A stretch of 55,764 nt of DNA from Octopus sinensis (taxonomy: Eukaryota): NCBI RefSeq assembly GCF_006345805.1, contig NW_021833694.1, forward strand, positions 1 through 55,764. The letters run 5' to 3'. The notes below the pieces were generated by a model, which saw only the letters and a program-made list of their open reading frames with translations, did not search any database and was not told where the DNA came from. The stretch's first letter is position 1. The number at the start of each line of letters is the position of its first letter. The position numbers were made by a program, and so were the translations under genes. This document shows positions 27,596 through 41,280 of the stretch, piece by piece.

Positions 27596-28355
27596 TCTGT
27601 GTGTGTGTGCGTGTGTGTGTGTGTGTTTTGTATGTGCGTGTATTCATTCGTCTTTTTCCTCCTCTCACCAATAAGGGGTTCACACCCGCCACCGACCTGC
27701 GCTACCCACCCCGTCTACTTCAGCTTGTCCGAATTTTTCATGCAACCATCAACTTATATTTGTGAAAACGAGACATTTGCGTCGTTGAAAGTAAGCTTCA
27801 CAAGTATCATAGCACTTGCAGACAATCACTAAAACAAGGAGCCACACCAAGTGGGAAATTCCGTTTTAAACCAGGGATATATGTACAATTGATCCGAGTA
27901 TAAATTATTTGATAAACAATCCACTTGACAAACAGTAATTAAGTACACTTTCAATGTAATTTTTAATACGGAATAAGCGGGATAAGAAGAAATAGGTGTA
28001 GCAGAGAGTCGCTGAGGAGATCACAGTATGTGAGACGGAAGAATTTATACTAATAGTAATAATAATAATAATGATAAATATAATAATAATAATAATAATA
28101 ATAACAACAACTACAACAATAATAACAGTCGTTCCTACTATAGGCACAAGGCCTGAAATATTTTGGGGGGGGTGAGTTAGTCGATTACATAGCCCCTAGT
28201 ACTTAACTGGTATTTAATTTATAGACATCGAAATGATGAAATGCGAAGTAGACCTCGGGAAATTTGAACTCAGAAACTAATGATGGATGAAATACTACCA
28301 AGCATTTTGCCCGGTGTGCTAACGATTCAGCCAGCTCTCCGCCTAAATAATGATA

Positions 28356-28445
<90 letters not shown>

Positions 28446-30451
28446 CCTGTCTTTGGAAGCACAAGGACAAGTCCATTACATCGAACCCAGTGTGTAATTG
28501 GTACTTAATTTATCGTCCCTGAAAGGATGAAAGACAAAGTCGACCTCGGCGGAATTTGAAATCAGAACGTAGTGAGAGATGAAATATATATTTTTTAACT
28601 ACCCACGAGGGGCTATACACAGAGAGGACAAACAAGGACAGACAGACAAACGGATTAAGTCGATTATATCGACCCCAGTGCGTAAAAGGTACTTATTTAA
28701 TCGACCCCGAAAGGATGAAAGGCAATCTCGACCTCGGCGGAATTTGAACTCAGAACGTAACCCTAGACGAAATAATGCTAAGCATTTCACCCGACGTGCT
28801 AACGTTTCTGCCAACTCGCCGCCTTTGGGCAGACGAAATACTTCTAAGCGTTTCACCCGGCGTCCCAAAAACTACCACAACAACGACAACAACAACAACA
28901 ACAAAAATAACAACAACAACAATAAGAATAAGAATATTAATAATAATAATTAAGTGAATATCAAATATATATTGCGCGTGTTTCATTGGCAACAGACGAC
29001 CATCTCCAAATAGAAGAATTTCTGTTTTAGCACCCAATTTCAAAAATGCATGAATGTAATAATATTAAATATTAAGTAGAAATATTCCGCCGAGGTTGTC
29101 TGTCCCTTTTTTTCCTTTCGGGGTCGATGAAATCAATATCAGTTATGTACTGGGGTCGATGTAATCAACTTACTCCTCCCCTGAAATTGCTGGTGTTGTG
29201 CCAAAATTTGGAATCAATGTGTAGGAGAAATAAAACAAAACACAGCATTACTAACTAATGGTTTTAACAATTGTTTTAACAAATTATAAAGTGAACGGCT
29301 TGGATAGTGTTTCATCTTTATGCGTGTTTCCTTGGATTGAGTCTGTGTAGGGGGGCATGTTTAGGCGCGGCTGTGTGGTAAGACGCTTGCTTCCAGACCT
29401 GGTTTCGGGTTCAGTTCCACTGCGTGGCACACTGCGCACATGTCTTCTCCTGTGGCCATTGGACTCTTCATAAGTGGACTTAGTAGATGGAAACTGAAAG
29501 AAGCCCATCGTGACTATTCTTTTACTTGTTTCAGTCATTTGACTGCGGCCATGTTGGAGCTCCGCCTTTAGTCGAACAAATCGACCCTAGGACTTAACCT
29601 TTGTAATCCTAGTACTTATTCTATCAGTTTATTTTCCAGAACCGCTATGTTACAGGGACGTAAGCACACCAACATCGGTTGTCAAATGATGGTGGAGGGA
29701 CAAATATAGACACACAAATACACACACACACATACGACGGGCTTATTTGAGTTTCCATCTATGAAATCCACTCACAAGACTATGGTCGGCCCTTGGCTAT
29801 AGTAGAATACACTCAGCCAAAATGTCTCGCAACGGGACTGAACACGGAACCATGTGTTTCATACTCTACGGCCACTTCTATGTCTATATATGTCTGTCTG
29901 TATGTATCAGTGTGTGTGTCTTTGTGTCAGTGTTTGTCCCACCGCTTGATGACCTGTGTTTGTGTGTTTACGTTCCGGTAACTTAGCGGTTCACCAATAT
30001 ACTCCAATAAAAAAGTACAAGGCTTAAAAAATGAAGTACAGAGGTCAATTAGTTCGACTCAAAACTTCTCAAACCAGTGCCATCTCTATATATAACACAT
30101 AATCCTTTCCGAGCCATGTTCGTTAAAGGAATTGTTCGTTACACGAGAAATTGAAATACGTACAAATAGAAGAAATCCGTTCATGCCACTCCCCAAAGCC
30201 ACCAAAAGTATATATTATACCTTAGCGTTGATACAATAGAAAATCATGTAAAGGTCGTATGTAGTGTGACTGCTCAGTTTGGTTTACCACTAAACACCGG
30301 CTTGAACAGAAAAATGTGTGCAGAAATTGGGTATCATGGTTTTAGGTGTGGTTGATCATTGAGCGGAGGGACATAAATTATAACAGATTAGGAGCAAGAA
30401 AAACATTTAGCCTTTTTCAAGAACATTCATTTTATAATTTATAATATAAGT

Positions 30452-30494
<43 letters not shown>

Positions 30495-31349
30495 TTTTTT
30501 GTGTCTATGTTTGTTCACCACCATCGCTTTACAACCGATGTTGGTGAGTTTACGTCCATGTAGATTAGTGTTTCAGCAAAGGAGACTCATAGAATAAGTA
30601 CAAGTCTTATAAATAATAAGTTCGGTGAAAAAGGCATTGCTCCAGCATGGCTGCAGTGAAATGGCTGAAACAAATAAAAGAACTGTGCAGAGTGGTTACA
30701 AATATGCACAAAAAAAGGAAATGCAGAAATGCATAATATCCTTAATCGAGGATATTATTCGTTCCCAGTCTTTTGGGAAACCATGGAGTTCTCACATAAA
30801 TGTGTCTGGTATTTTCGTGATCGAAGAGTTAGTAAAGTTTCCAGGAAAGTCCCTGGCAAAGGATAATGGAAGTTATCAGTTGCATCTTTGAATAGAAAGT
30901 GAATCAGATTTGGAAGGCCTTGGAAGAGTCTATTATTGGGCGAATGAGAAATATATGAGAGTATATAGAGATTAGTCTATATAGTGAAGGGGTGTTTGAC
31001 TTGGGGTTTAAAGGATGAATGTATACGCACACATACATACAGAGAGACATACACATACACACACACGCACTACATATGCAAACACACACACACACACACA
31101 GACACATATGCAGTGGCATATTCCTATTGATATACACACAGTCAGATACACACACTTACGCGGCCATACGTACACATCCATACGTATGAGTTTAGAAATG
31201 GACAGATAAATGTCTGTTTGTACGCACAGACACACCCTCATACAAATTCTCGCATAGTCATCGTAGATAATTATAGAGAGTTAAATTTAATTAAGTTATT
31301 AGAGGAGAGAGAGAGAAAGAGAGAGAGGAGAGTATTGTTTAGTAATTAA

Positions 31350-33110
31350 GGACGAGTAAAAGCAGATGTATAAACACCTGTCGCCTCATTGTATATTTGA
31401 CTACCAATGTGGGCCAGAGTGATTAAATCGCCAAACTGGAAATACCCAGGACCGGATAGCGTACAAGGTTATTGGCTGAAAATTTCCCCAGCAGTACACA
31501 GAAGAATAGCCAAGCAAATATATAAAATGATCAACAACGTGGTACAAATCCCAAAGAGGCTGACCACAAGTAAAACAATTCTTTGCCAAAATAATCCCAA
31601 CAAAGCAATGCAGTGGATAATCACCGGCCTATCACCTGTCTGCCCCATGTGGAAGCTGATGACAGGAATAATATCTAATTAGGTGTATGATTTCCTGGAA
31701 ATAAATTACAAAGCACCAGTGGAACAGAAAGGGTACAGAAATATCCCAAGGGACCTTACAGACAAATATGGTTTCAGAACGAAAAATGAAAAGGGAGAAA
31801 TTGTCTGTAAGCAACTGCACACGATCAGGCATTCATAACTAACTACATAAAGCCAAAATAGACAAAAACCAGGCAAATTCCCAATGTAGAGACTTTTAAC
31901 ATGAATTCACACAGAAAACATTTAGAATCAACTGGACAACCAGAATTTGCTACCAGAAGAACTGAAATGTTTGCAGAAAGAAGGCTAGAGGAACGCACGA
32001 TCTATTACACTCAGTGAAAGCAGTTCTAAAATAAAGAATGCAAACTTCAACAGTATAAAAATCATATGGCATGATTCAACACTCACGGATAAGTGAATAT
32101 TTGAGTATATTCAGTGTTGCAGACAACACAAGAGACTTAATTAGTTACAGCTATAGTGCAAAGAATTGGAAATTATATCTCTACTCAGGTGACACTGTCT
32201 TAGGAAAAGTTAATATCAGGTGAGGAATTCTCCAGGGAGACCCGTTATCTCCATTAATATTTGTGTTATGCTTAGCTGTCGTCAATTCAGTACTAAGAAA
32301 TGCAAAGTCAGGGTATCAGTTTAGAGATGTTAAAAGAAATATTAATCATTTGCTCAAGATGGACGATTAGAATCTTTTTGGTTCCTTAATAGGAATTGTA
32401 AGGCGCTTAAGAAAAGATATAGGCATGGAATTTGCCATAGATATGTGCGCATCATAAATCATAAAAAGGGGACAGGGAGTCAGCAGTGAAGGCCAGATAG
32501 CAGAAGTAAAAATCACTGAGGCAGAGAATCATAAGTGCTTCGGAGTATTAGAATCTGAGAGTGTACTAACAATGGAAATGAAAACAAAAATAGCTAAGGA
32601 GTACATCGGAAGGTTAAAGAAGCTAATGAAGGGAAAGCGAAGGGTTCTAAATCTAGTAAAGGTTGTAAAAACTTTGGGAAGTGTCGTTACTTCGGTATTC
32701 AGCAGAATTTGTTGATTGGAAAAGATCTGAATTAGCAAATCTAGACTGAAGAACTAGGAAGGAATTCAATATGAATACAGGACTTCAGCCTCGATTAGGA
32801 AGAGCAAGATTGCACTTACTTAGAATAACGAAGGTGGAAGCGGTTTAATATCAGCAGAAAGTAGGGTAGAGTTAGCTAGAGTTGATATATATAATAATGA
32901 ATAAAATTTATGAGTTGCAAGAGTTACAGTAAGAGATAGGAAAGGAAAAAGCCAAATGAAATTAAAACAATAAAAAAAGTAGGAAGATAATCTAACTGAC
33001 AAGAGAATGTATGGCAATGTCGATGGCAAAGATAGTTGCAGAAATAGTAATAGTGAGACTTGGTTATGGTTGCTGAAAGGAAGCTGAAGAGGGAGACAGA
33101 GTTTCTAAGC
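31350..33110 (+). mobile_element. Decayed R4/Dong-type LINE fossil (copy 3, most complete)
   Basis: NWKYPGPDSVQGYWLKISPAVHRRIAKQ, LDNQNLLPEE..RKKARGTHDL, GILQGDPLSPLIFVLCL, INHLLKMDD and the thumb region, with many stops and frameshifts. Confidence 0.85.
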
Positions 33111-34945
33111 AAAAATTAATTGTAAGGTCGGACTTATATTTCGGAGAGATCTATGAAAATTAACATCCACATCATGTGATGTATTACATAATGATTGCAG
33201 GTGTAGGTTTCAGGACTAATGATTGTCCATTACCTGACGTTTGCGCTATCAGCCCTATCGTAAGCATTTGAGACAATGATATTCCATTGTCCCACACCCT
33301 ACCGTCTTAACCACGGAAAGAACACAACACACATTGCGATGTAAGTAAATCAACGGCATGATCATGGCCGAAACGCCTCTGATCATAGTCTTGTCATCAT
33401 TGAACAACAAGCATTCTTTACAAATAACTGAAATATATTCAGCGAAACGAGGAAAATTGGCCGGGTTTCCATTTTAGTAACTAGAGCGATGAGGTCATAT
33501 TTTTGAGCAGATATCGCCATCCCAATAATCGGTAAAAACAATGGCGTTTGTTTTAGAAAAGCGACAAGTAGATAAGAATATTCTGTGGGTGTTGTCAGGA
33601 CATATGAAAAATGAAGTTTTGGTAATATAATAGAAGTCGAGGACATGAAATCGTGATTAAGGTCGTGATTTCAGATCCTGGACGAGTGGTGTTTTGTGCG
33701 CAGAACAATTCATCTTATGTTGCACAGCGACCATTTCAACACTCGACGTGTAGGAATGGTGACTAGCTGGAAAATGGATTTATTTTCCGGATATTAAAGA
33801 ATTTCAGCCATCACATACATCAAGAAAAATACTGCCACTCTCGTTTTAAAAATAATTAGAGAATTATTACAACAGGGTATTTCATTCAGTATGCTTTTCG
33901 GATAGCACCTGGAAGGTTGAGACAAAAAACTTATATGAGGCAATAGAATATTCCGATAAGTGGATAAAACATTAATTTCTGTCAAAAATTCAAACCGAAG
34001 TCATATTTGGGGCCGGCTCTATAAAGGTAAATCAATTTTTTGTTACTTTTCTTTTAAGATTTAACATTTGTATCTACACACACATGTATATATGATTTAT
34101 TTTTCCCCTCTCTCTCTATCTTTCTATAACTATGCAAATTAATACAATTAAGTTGTTTCCTGACGATCATTTGTCGGTGAGATTTTGGTTCCAAGCAACC
34201 ATAACGTTGTTACATGCACTTCAGAATTATTATTCAAACATTTCTTTGTCCTGTTCATCTATATATAGACTTCTACATAAACACATATGCATAGGCGTGG
34301 CTGTGTGTAAGAAACATGCTTCACAAGCAGATAGTTCCAGGTTCAGTTTCACTGCATGGCAATTTGGGAAAGTGTCTTCTACTATAACCTCAGACCGACC
34401 AAAGCCTTACGAGTGGATTTGGTAGACGGAAACCGAAAGAAGTGCGTTCTATATGTATCTATATATATTGAAGCATATATGTGTTTGTGTGTGTGTGTGT
34501 GAGTTTGTTTGTTTTGTATGTGTGTTTCTGTCTTTGCGACTATGTTTTGTTGCCCATTCATATCTTGACAGCAAGTTTTTTAAGGCCCTCCTTAACATTG
34601 CGGTTCGGCAAAAGCGGCCAATAAAATAAGTACTTGGCTACAAAGATAAGCTCTGATGTCAATTTATTGGGCTTAAAGGCTTTTGATATGGTGCTCCAGC
34701 ATGACCGTGGGCAAATGACTTCAACACGTAAAGGAATTTAAGAATAAAATACACCTTTATATGTGTGTGTGCGCATGCGTGTGTGTTATATATAAATGCG
34801 TATGAATATATAAATATGTACTTATATACCTATATATATATATGTGTGTGTGTGTCTGTGTGTGAGTGTTTTGCCTCGTACACATGTGCATGATTTCCAA
34901 CACACATGTAGACACACGCTCACATATACATTCATATATATATAT

Positions 34946-34987
<42 letters not shown>

Positions 34988-36352
34988 TATACAATAATTT
35001 TTATATATATATATATACATATATATATTTATATATATATATACGTATATTATAATTATATATATATTAATATATATATTTATATATATATATATATATT
35101 CCAAACGAAAAACATACACACACTCATATGCGCACACATTCATACACACACACATATTTGTGCGTGTTTGTTTATGTATATATATCCTCATGCATCTTTA
35201 TATAACCATACATGATTACGTATGACCCCGCGTAGAAATTCTTCGTCCTAAAGTCCTAGATTGCCGCCTATAAAGTGGTTTCTGGGTTAGGTAGATTGCC
35301 AGTGGTTGTGTTTTGTGGGGGAATTGGACAGTCGACTAATTGGACTTCAGCACCTCTGAGAAATGAAAGGCAAATGGTAGTTCAACAGGAAAGGAAATCA
35401 GAATGCGAATAGATAAATCGAGTTTTGTTATTTTTCTTTTAAGATTTAACATTTATATATACACACACATATATATGATTTATTTTTCCATCTCTCTCTA
35501 TCTTTCTATAACTATGCAACTTATAGAATAACGTTGTTCCTGACAGTCATTTGTCGGTGAGCATTTGTTCCAAGCACCATAACGTTGTTACACCGCACGT
35601 AAGAAATATTAGTTAAACATTTGATTGTCCTCTTCATCCTGTTTATAGACGTCTACATAAACACACATGCATAGGCGTGGCTATGTGGCAAGAAGCTTGC
35701 TCCGCAAGCACATAGATCCAGGTTTCGTTTCCCTGCTTGGCACCTGGGAAAGTGTCTTCTACTACTAACCTCGGGCCGAGCAAAAGACTTGTGAGTGGGT
35801 TTAGTAGACGGACCCGAAGGAAATCCGTTATATATATATTATATATATACATATGTGTGTGTGAGTGTGTCTGTGAGTGTATGTGTGGTGCGCGCGCGTG
35901 GTGTGTGTGTGGGTGTTTACCTGTGTGCGTGTGTGTCTGTGTGACTATGTTTGCTACCCGTTCACAGCTTGAGAGCAGTTCTTTTACTCCCGCCTTAACA
36001 TAGTTGTTCGGCAAAAGCGTTCAAAAAAATATGTACCAGGCTTACAAAAACTAAGCCCAACTGTAAATTTCTTCGGCTCTTCGGCTTAAACGCTTTTCAG
36101 GTGGTACTCCAGCAAGGCCGCAGTCAAATGACTTAAACAAGTAAAAGAATAAAGAAGAGAATACACTATTTTTATATGTGTGTTAATCTCTGAATGCGTA
36201 TGAGTATTTTTATATATATATATATACAATATTGTGATCGTGTGCGTGTGTGTGTATGTGCATGTGTGTGTGTATGTTAAAAGCCGAACACTTGTGCATG
36301 TACTCCACACACAGATGCACATAGACGCCCACATATACAATAATATATATAC

Positions 36353-36408
<56 letters not shown>

Positions 36409-37394
36409 ATACGCGAACGTACTCAGACAATCTAAAGTTTTTTGTGTATATCGAATAATAATAAATTGGTATGCGGATGCTCAAGTGAACAACTTAGGGA
36501 TTAGTACAGTCTTTAACCTCTAGTACCTGCATCTGCTGTGTGACTCCTGTGGCAAGTTACACAGGGTGAACTGGACGTCCCTAACATTCGAGGCTATGTT
36601 TTATTGAGATACCCATGTACATGAAGGTTACAATATACTAAACACATGCAGAGTAAACCACGTAGAACATCACTTTCATTCTTCTTCTTAGTAGCAGAAT
36701 AATTCAATCCTAGATGTCATTTAATAAATTGATGCTTCATCTTGATAGTAAGGTCGGACTTATATTTCGGAAAGATCTATAAAATTAACATCCACATCAT
36801 GTGATGTATTAGAATAATGATTGTCGGTGTAGGTTTCAGGACTAGTGAATGTCCATTACTTGAACATTTGCGCTATCAGCCCTATCGTAAGCATTTGAGA
36901 CAATGATATTCAATTGTCTCACACCCTACCGATTTAACACCAAGGAAAGAACACAACACATATTGTGAGTAAGTAAATCGACGGGATGATCATGACCGAA
37001 ACGCCTCTGATCATGAGCCTTGTCATCAGTGAACAACAAGCATAATTTACAACCAACTGAAATATATTCTGGGAAAGGAGGGAAATTCGTCGGGTTTGCA
37101 TTTTAGTAACTAGAGAAATGAGATATCGCCATCCCAATAATCGATCAAAAACTTATATGAGGCCATAGAATATTCAGATAATGGAGAAAACTTATTTAAT
37201 TTCTGACGATAATTGGTCGGTGAGCATTTGGTTCCAAGCAACCATAACGCCCCCCCCCTTAACATAGCGGATCGGCAAAATGACCAATAAAATAACACAT
37301 AGAAACATATAGACACACACACGCACATATATATACATATATACGACGGGCTTCTTTAAGTTTCTGTCTACCAAATCACTCACAGGGCTTTACG

Positions 37395-37441
<47 letters not shown>

Positions 37442-39476
37442 CAACGTACATATTTGCACACATTCACATTCACATACACACACAGGTACACTTACACCAC
37501 CACACATACCGCACATATATTTGTTCGTGTTTGTGTATGTATATATATCCCGATGCATTTTTTAGATAACCATACATGATTACATATAACACCGCGTAGC
37601 AATTCTTGTCCTGAAATCCTAGATTGCCGCTCATATAATGTTTACTCTGGCTTAGGTAGAATGCCAGTGGTTGTTGTTTTGTGGGGAAGTGGTCAGTCGA
37701 CTAATTGGACTTCAGCTCCTCTGAGAAATGAAATGCAAAGGGACTTCGGCGGAAAGGAACTCAGAACGCGAATAGCCGACAGAAGCGCTGCAAAGCAATT
37801 TGTAAATTTGTGTTCAGGCATTGTGTACAGGCATTGCCGACTTTTTGCTTGGATATTCTTGTTTAATATTATCTTTTTAATTTAAGCTCTATACTTTTTA
37901 ACTGTACAACTTTTTTTTCATTCGAAAGTCCTGCGGGTATGGGAAGATTGCGAAGCATTCAGATCTGAGGTGGTGGAAGCATGTAATTAGTGGTCTACAC
38001 ACAAGTGTCCTCTGGGTTTTTGGTTTGCATGTGTGCTGAAGCAGTTGAATTCATGGAAATCCTGCTCACCTAGAGACCGGAGACAATGCTATAATACTAA
38101 TGGTTGTGAAGATGACGACTGGATGTCCTCTGACTGCTACACTTTACTCAATCAGAAACATTGGCTTGTGACGCAGATATGTTTACAATGTTTTCCATCA
38201 AACACCTGGAGATACCTGCTAAATCTCTTTCCAATCACCACTCTTATTTTAGACAATGGAGGACATGGTTGCTAATGTTTGAATAAAAATAATTAGTAGG
38301 TATAATTGGATGCCTTTGTGCAAAATTACGATCAGTCAGGGCAAACAACAACGTCGACAACAACACCCTAAGTAAAACACAAAAAAAAACAAACAAAGAT
38401 ATGTCCTAAAATTGGCCTCGTTCTCAGACTGTATCACCACATCAAACACGCAATTTTCTGCGTCAGACTTTCTATCATTACATGATACAACGCCATATCG
38501 TTACTGACAAGAGACATCACTTAGGAGTAACGCTCAGATTTTTCTCGGATCCATGTAAATTCAGTGGTGTTGCTTCGGGAAACGCCTAGTAATAAGAAGG
38601 ATTCTGGGATGCTGTCCCACCTATGTCATATAACATGTTAAATAATATAATTGGTGTCCAAGGCGAATGACCACGCTGTTAACGGTGTTACATTCGCGAT
38701 AGCGAGATCGCGGTTTCAATTCCGTAAAGGGAATTGTATTGCGTTCTTAAGCAAATCACCTCATCTTATATTACTTTGCGTCGTGTAGAATTGTGAATTT
38801 CTTAAAATGGATTTATTTTCCGGATATTAAAGTACAGCGAATAACATACATCGACAGAAAATACTGAGACTGCCGTTAAAAAAACACATAACGGGTTATA
38901 ACAAATGTGTACTTCGGTCAGTATTATTATCCGATACAGGCCGCAAAATGAGACAATAAACTTTCATGAGGTAATAGAATATTCAGATAAGTGGATAAAC
39001 CTTTTCTAATTTCTGTAAAAAATTAATACTGAAGTCATAGTTGAAACCGGCACTGTAAATGTAAATCAATATTTGCTACTTTCCTGTAAATATTTAAAAT
39101 TGATATTTATACACACACATATCTACACTGGCGAGATTAAATTTAAGACCGATGATAATAATCCTATTTCTAACAAAATATTTTGTTACTAACACCATAC
39201 AAATTATTTCTATGTTTTACACTTTATGGAGACTTTATTTCTCTTTCGAATGATGCAGACAATGACTATTTTTATACAACTTGAAGAATGCATGAAAGTA
39301 CTAGTTCAATCAGAGTGGATATTTGATATTCTATCGCTTCATTATGTTATCTTATCTTATCATATATTATTATAGGATTGTAAATAAATCATGAAACTCA
39401 AAGTTGGAATTTCTTTCAGTAATATATTCTCCTATACACAATCATACATACCTGTGTATAAGTGCATATATATTAT

Positions 39477-39536
<60 letters not shown>

Positions 39537-39887
39537 GTATATATATATGATATATAAGGATATTATTGCTTACATATTATCAAGTGGCAAGCATGCGTAA
39601 AAAAATGCCATAAGGTAACGCATCATTAATTAATGATTAAAGTTCCTACAAGCAGCACCAGCACACTAAAAATAGCATTACGAAGAGAGAGAGAGAGAGA
39701 GAGAGTAGAGAGAAAGTCAGAAAGGAGAAAAAGAGAGAGAAAATGAAAGTGTGGAACAGAGAGAGAGGGAAAGAAAAAAGAAAGAAAGAGAGAAAGAGAG
39801 AGAGAGAGACAATTCGAAAAATAATTAGACAGATAAACAAACAGAAACTTCAATACATAGATTGAAACACACACACACACACACATA

Positions 39888-39924
<37 letters not shown>

Positions 39925-40061
39925 ACACACACACACACACACATACATACTTATATAAATGGTAAAAAAATAACGCTCTCTTTCCTCAGTCAAGTCCCAC
40001 AAGTCACGACCATCTCGGGCAGTAACACTTGGGAAGGTTCGATCTGGTTGCCCCCCACTAA

Positions 40062-40132
<71 letters not shown>

Positions 40133-40221
40133 ACATATTCATCTTTTATCCTTACATTTCCACGTGTATTTTATATTTTCTTTCTTTAACATATTTTAAC
40201 ATATTTCTACTATGCTTATAT

Positions 40222-40252
<31 letters not shown>

Positions 40253-40529
40253 CACACAACACAACACACAAACAATATAAGTGAGTTGTGTATGTGCGTG
40301 TATTCATTCAAATAATTACTAAAATATATAGCTGCACCAGGTGGGGAAATTCCGTTTGTACAATCGTTTCCGAGTATAATTATTTGATAAACAAACCACT
40401 TGACAAACAGTAAGAAGTAGACATTTATATACATTTTAATACAGAATAAGCAGGATAAGAAGAAAAAGGCGTAGCAGAGAGTCGCTGAGGAGATCACAGT
40501 ATGTGAGACAAAGAATTTATATAATACTA

Positions 40530-40565
<36 letters not shown>

Positions 40566-40819
40566 TAATAATAATAATAATAATAATAACAACAATAATA
40601 ATAGTCGTTCCTACTATAAGCACAAAGCCTGACATATTCTTGGATGGGGGGAGTTAGTCGATTACATAGCCCCTAGTACTCACTGGTATTTAATTTATAG
40701 CCTCGAAATGTTGAAATGTGAAGTTGACCTCGGGGGATTTGAACTCAGAAACTAATGATGGATGAAATACTACCAAGCATTTTGCCCGGCGTGCTAACGA
40801 TTCTGCCAGCTAAACCTCA

Positions 40820-40851
<32 letters not shown>

Positions 40852-41246
40852 TAATAATAATAATAATAATAATAATTATCTTGTCTACTGGAAGCACAGG
40901 ACTAGTCCATTACATCGATCACAGTGTGTAACTGGTACTTAATTTATCGTCTCCGAAAGGATGAAGAGCAAAGTCGATCTAAGCGGAATTTGAACTCAGA
41001 ATGTAGTGAGAGACGAAATACTTATCTCTTTACTACCCACAAGGGGCTAAACACAGAGAGGGCAAACAAGGACAGACACGCTGATTAAGTTGATTATATC
41101 GCCTCCAGTGCGTAACTGGTACTTATTTAATCGACTACAAAAGGATGAAAGGCAATATCGACCTCGGTGGAATTTGGACTCGGTGGAATTTGAACTCAGA
41201 ACGTAACCGCAGACGAAATACTTCTAAGCGTTTCCCCCGGCGTACC

Positions 41247-41280
<34 letters not shown>

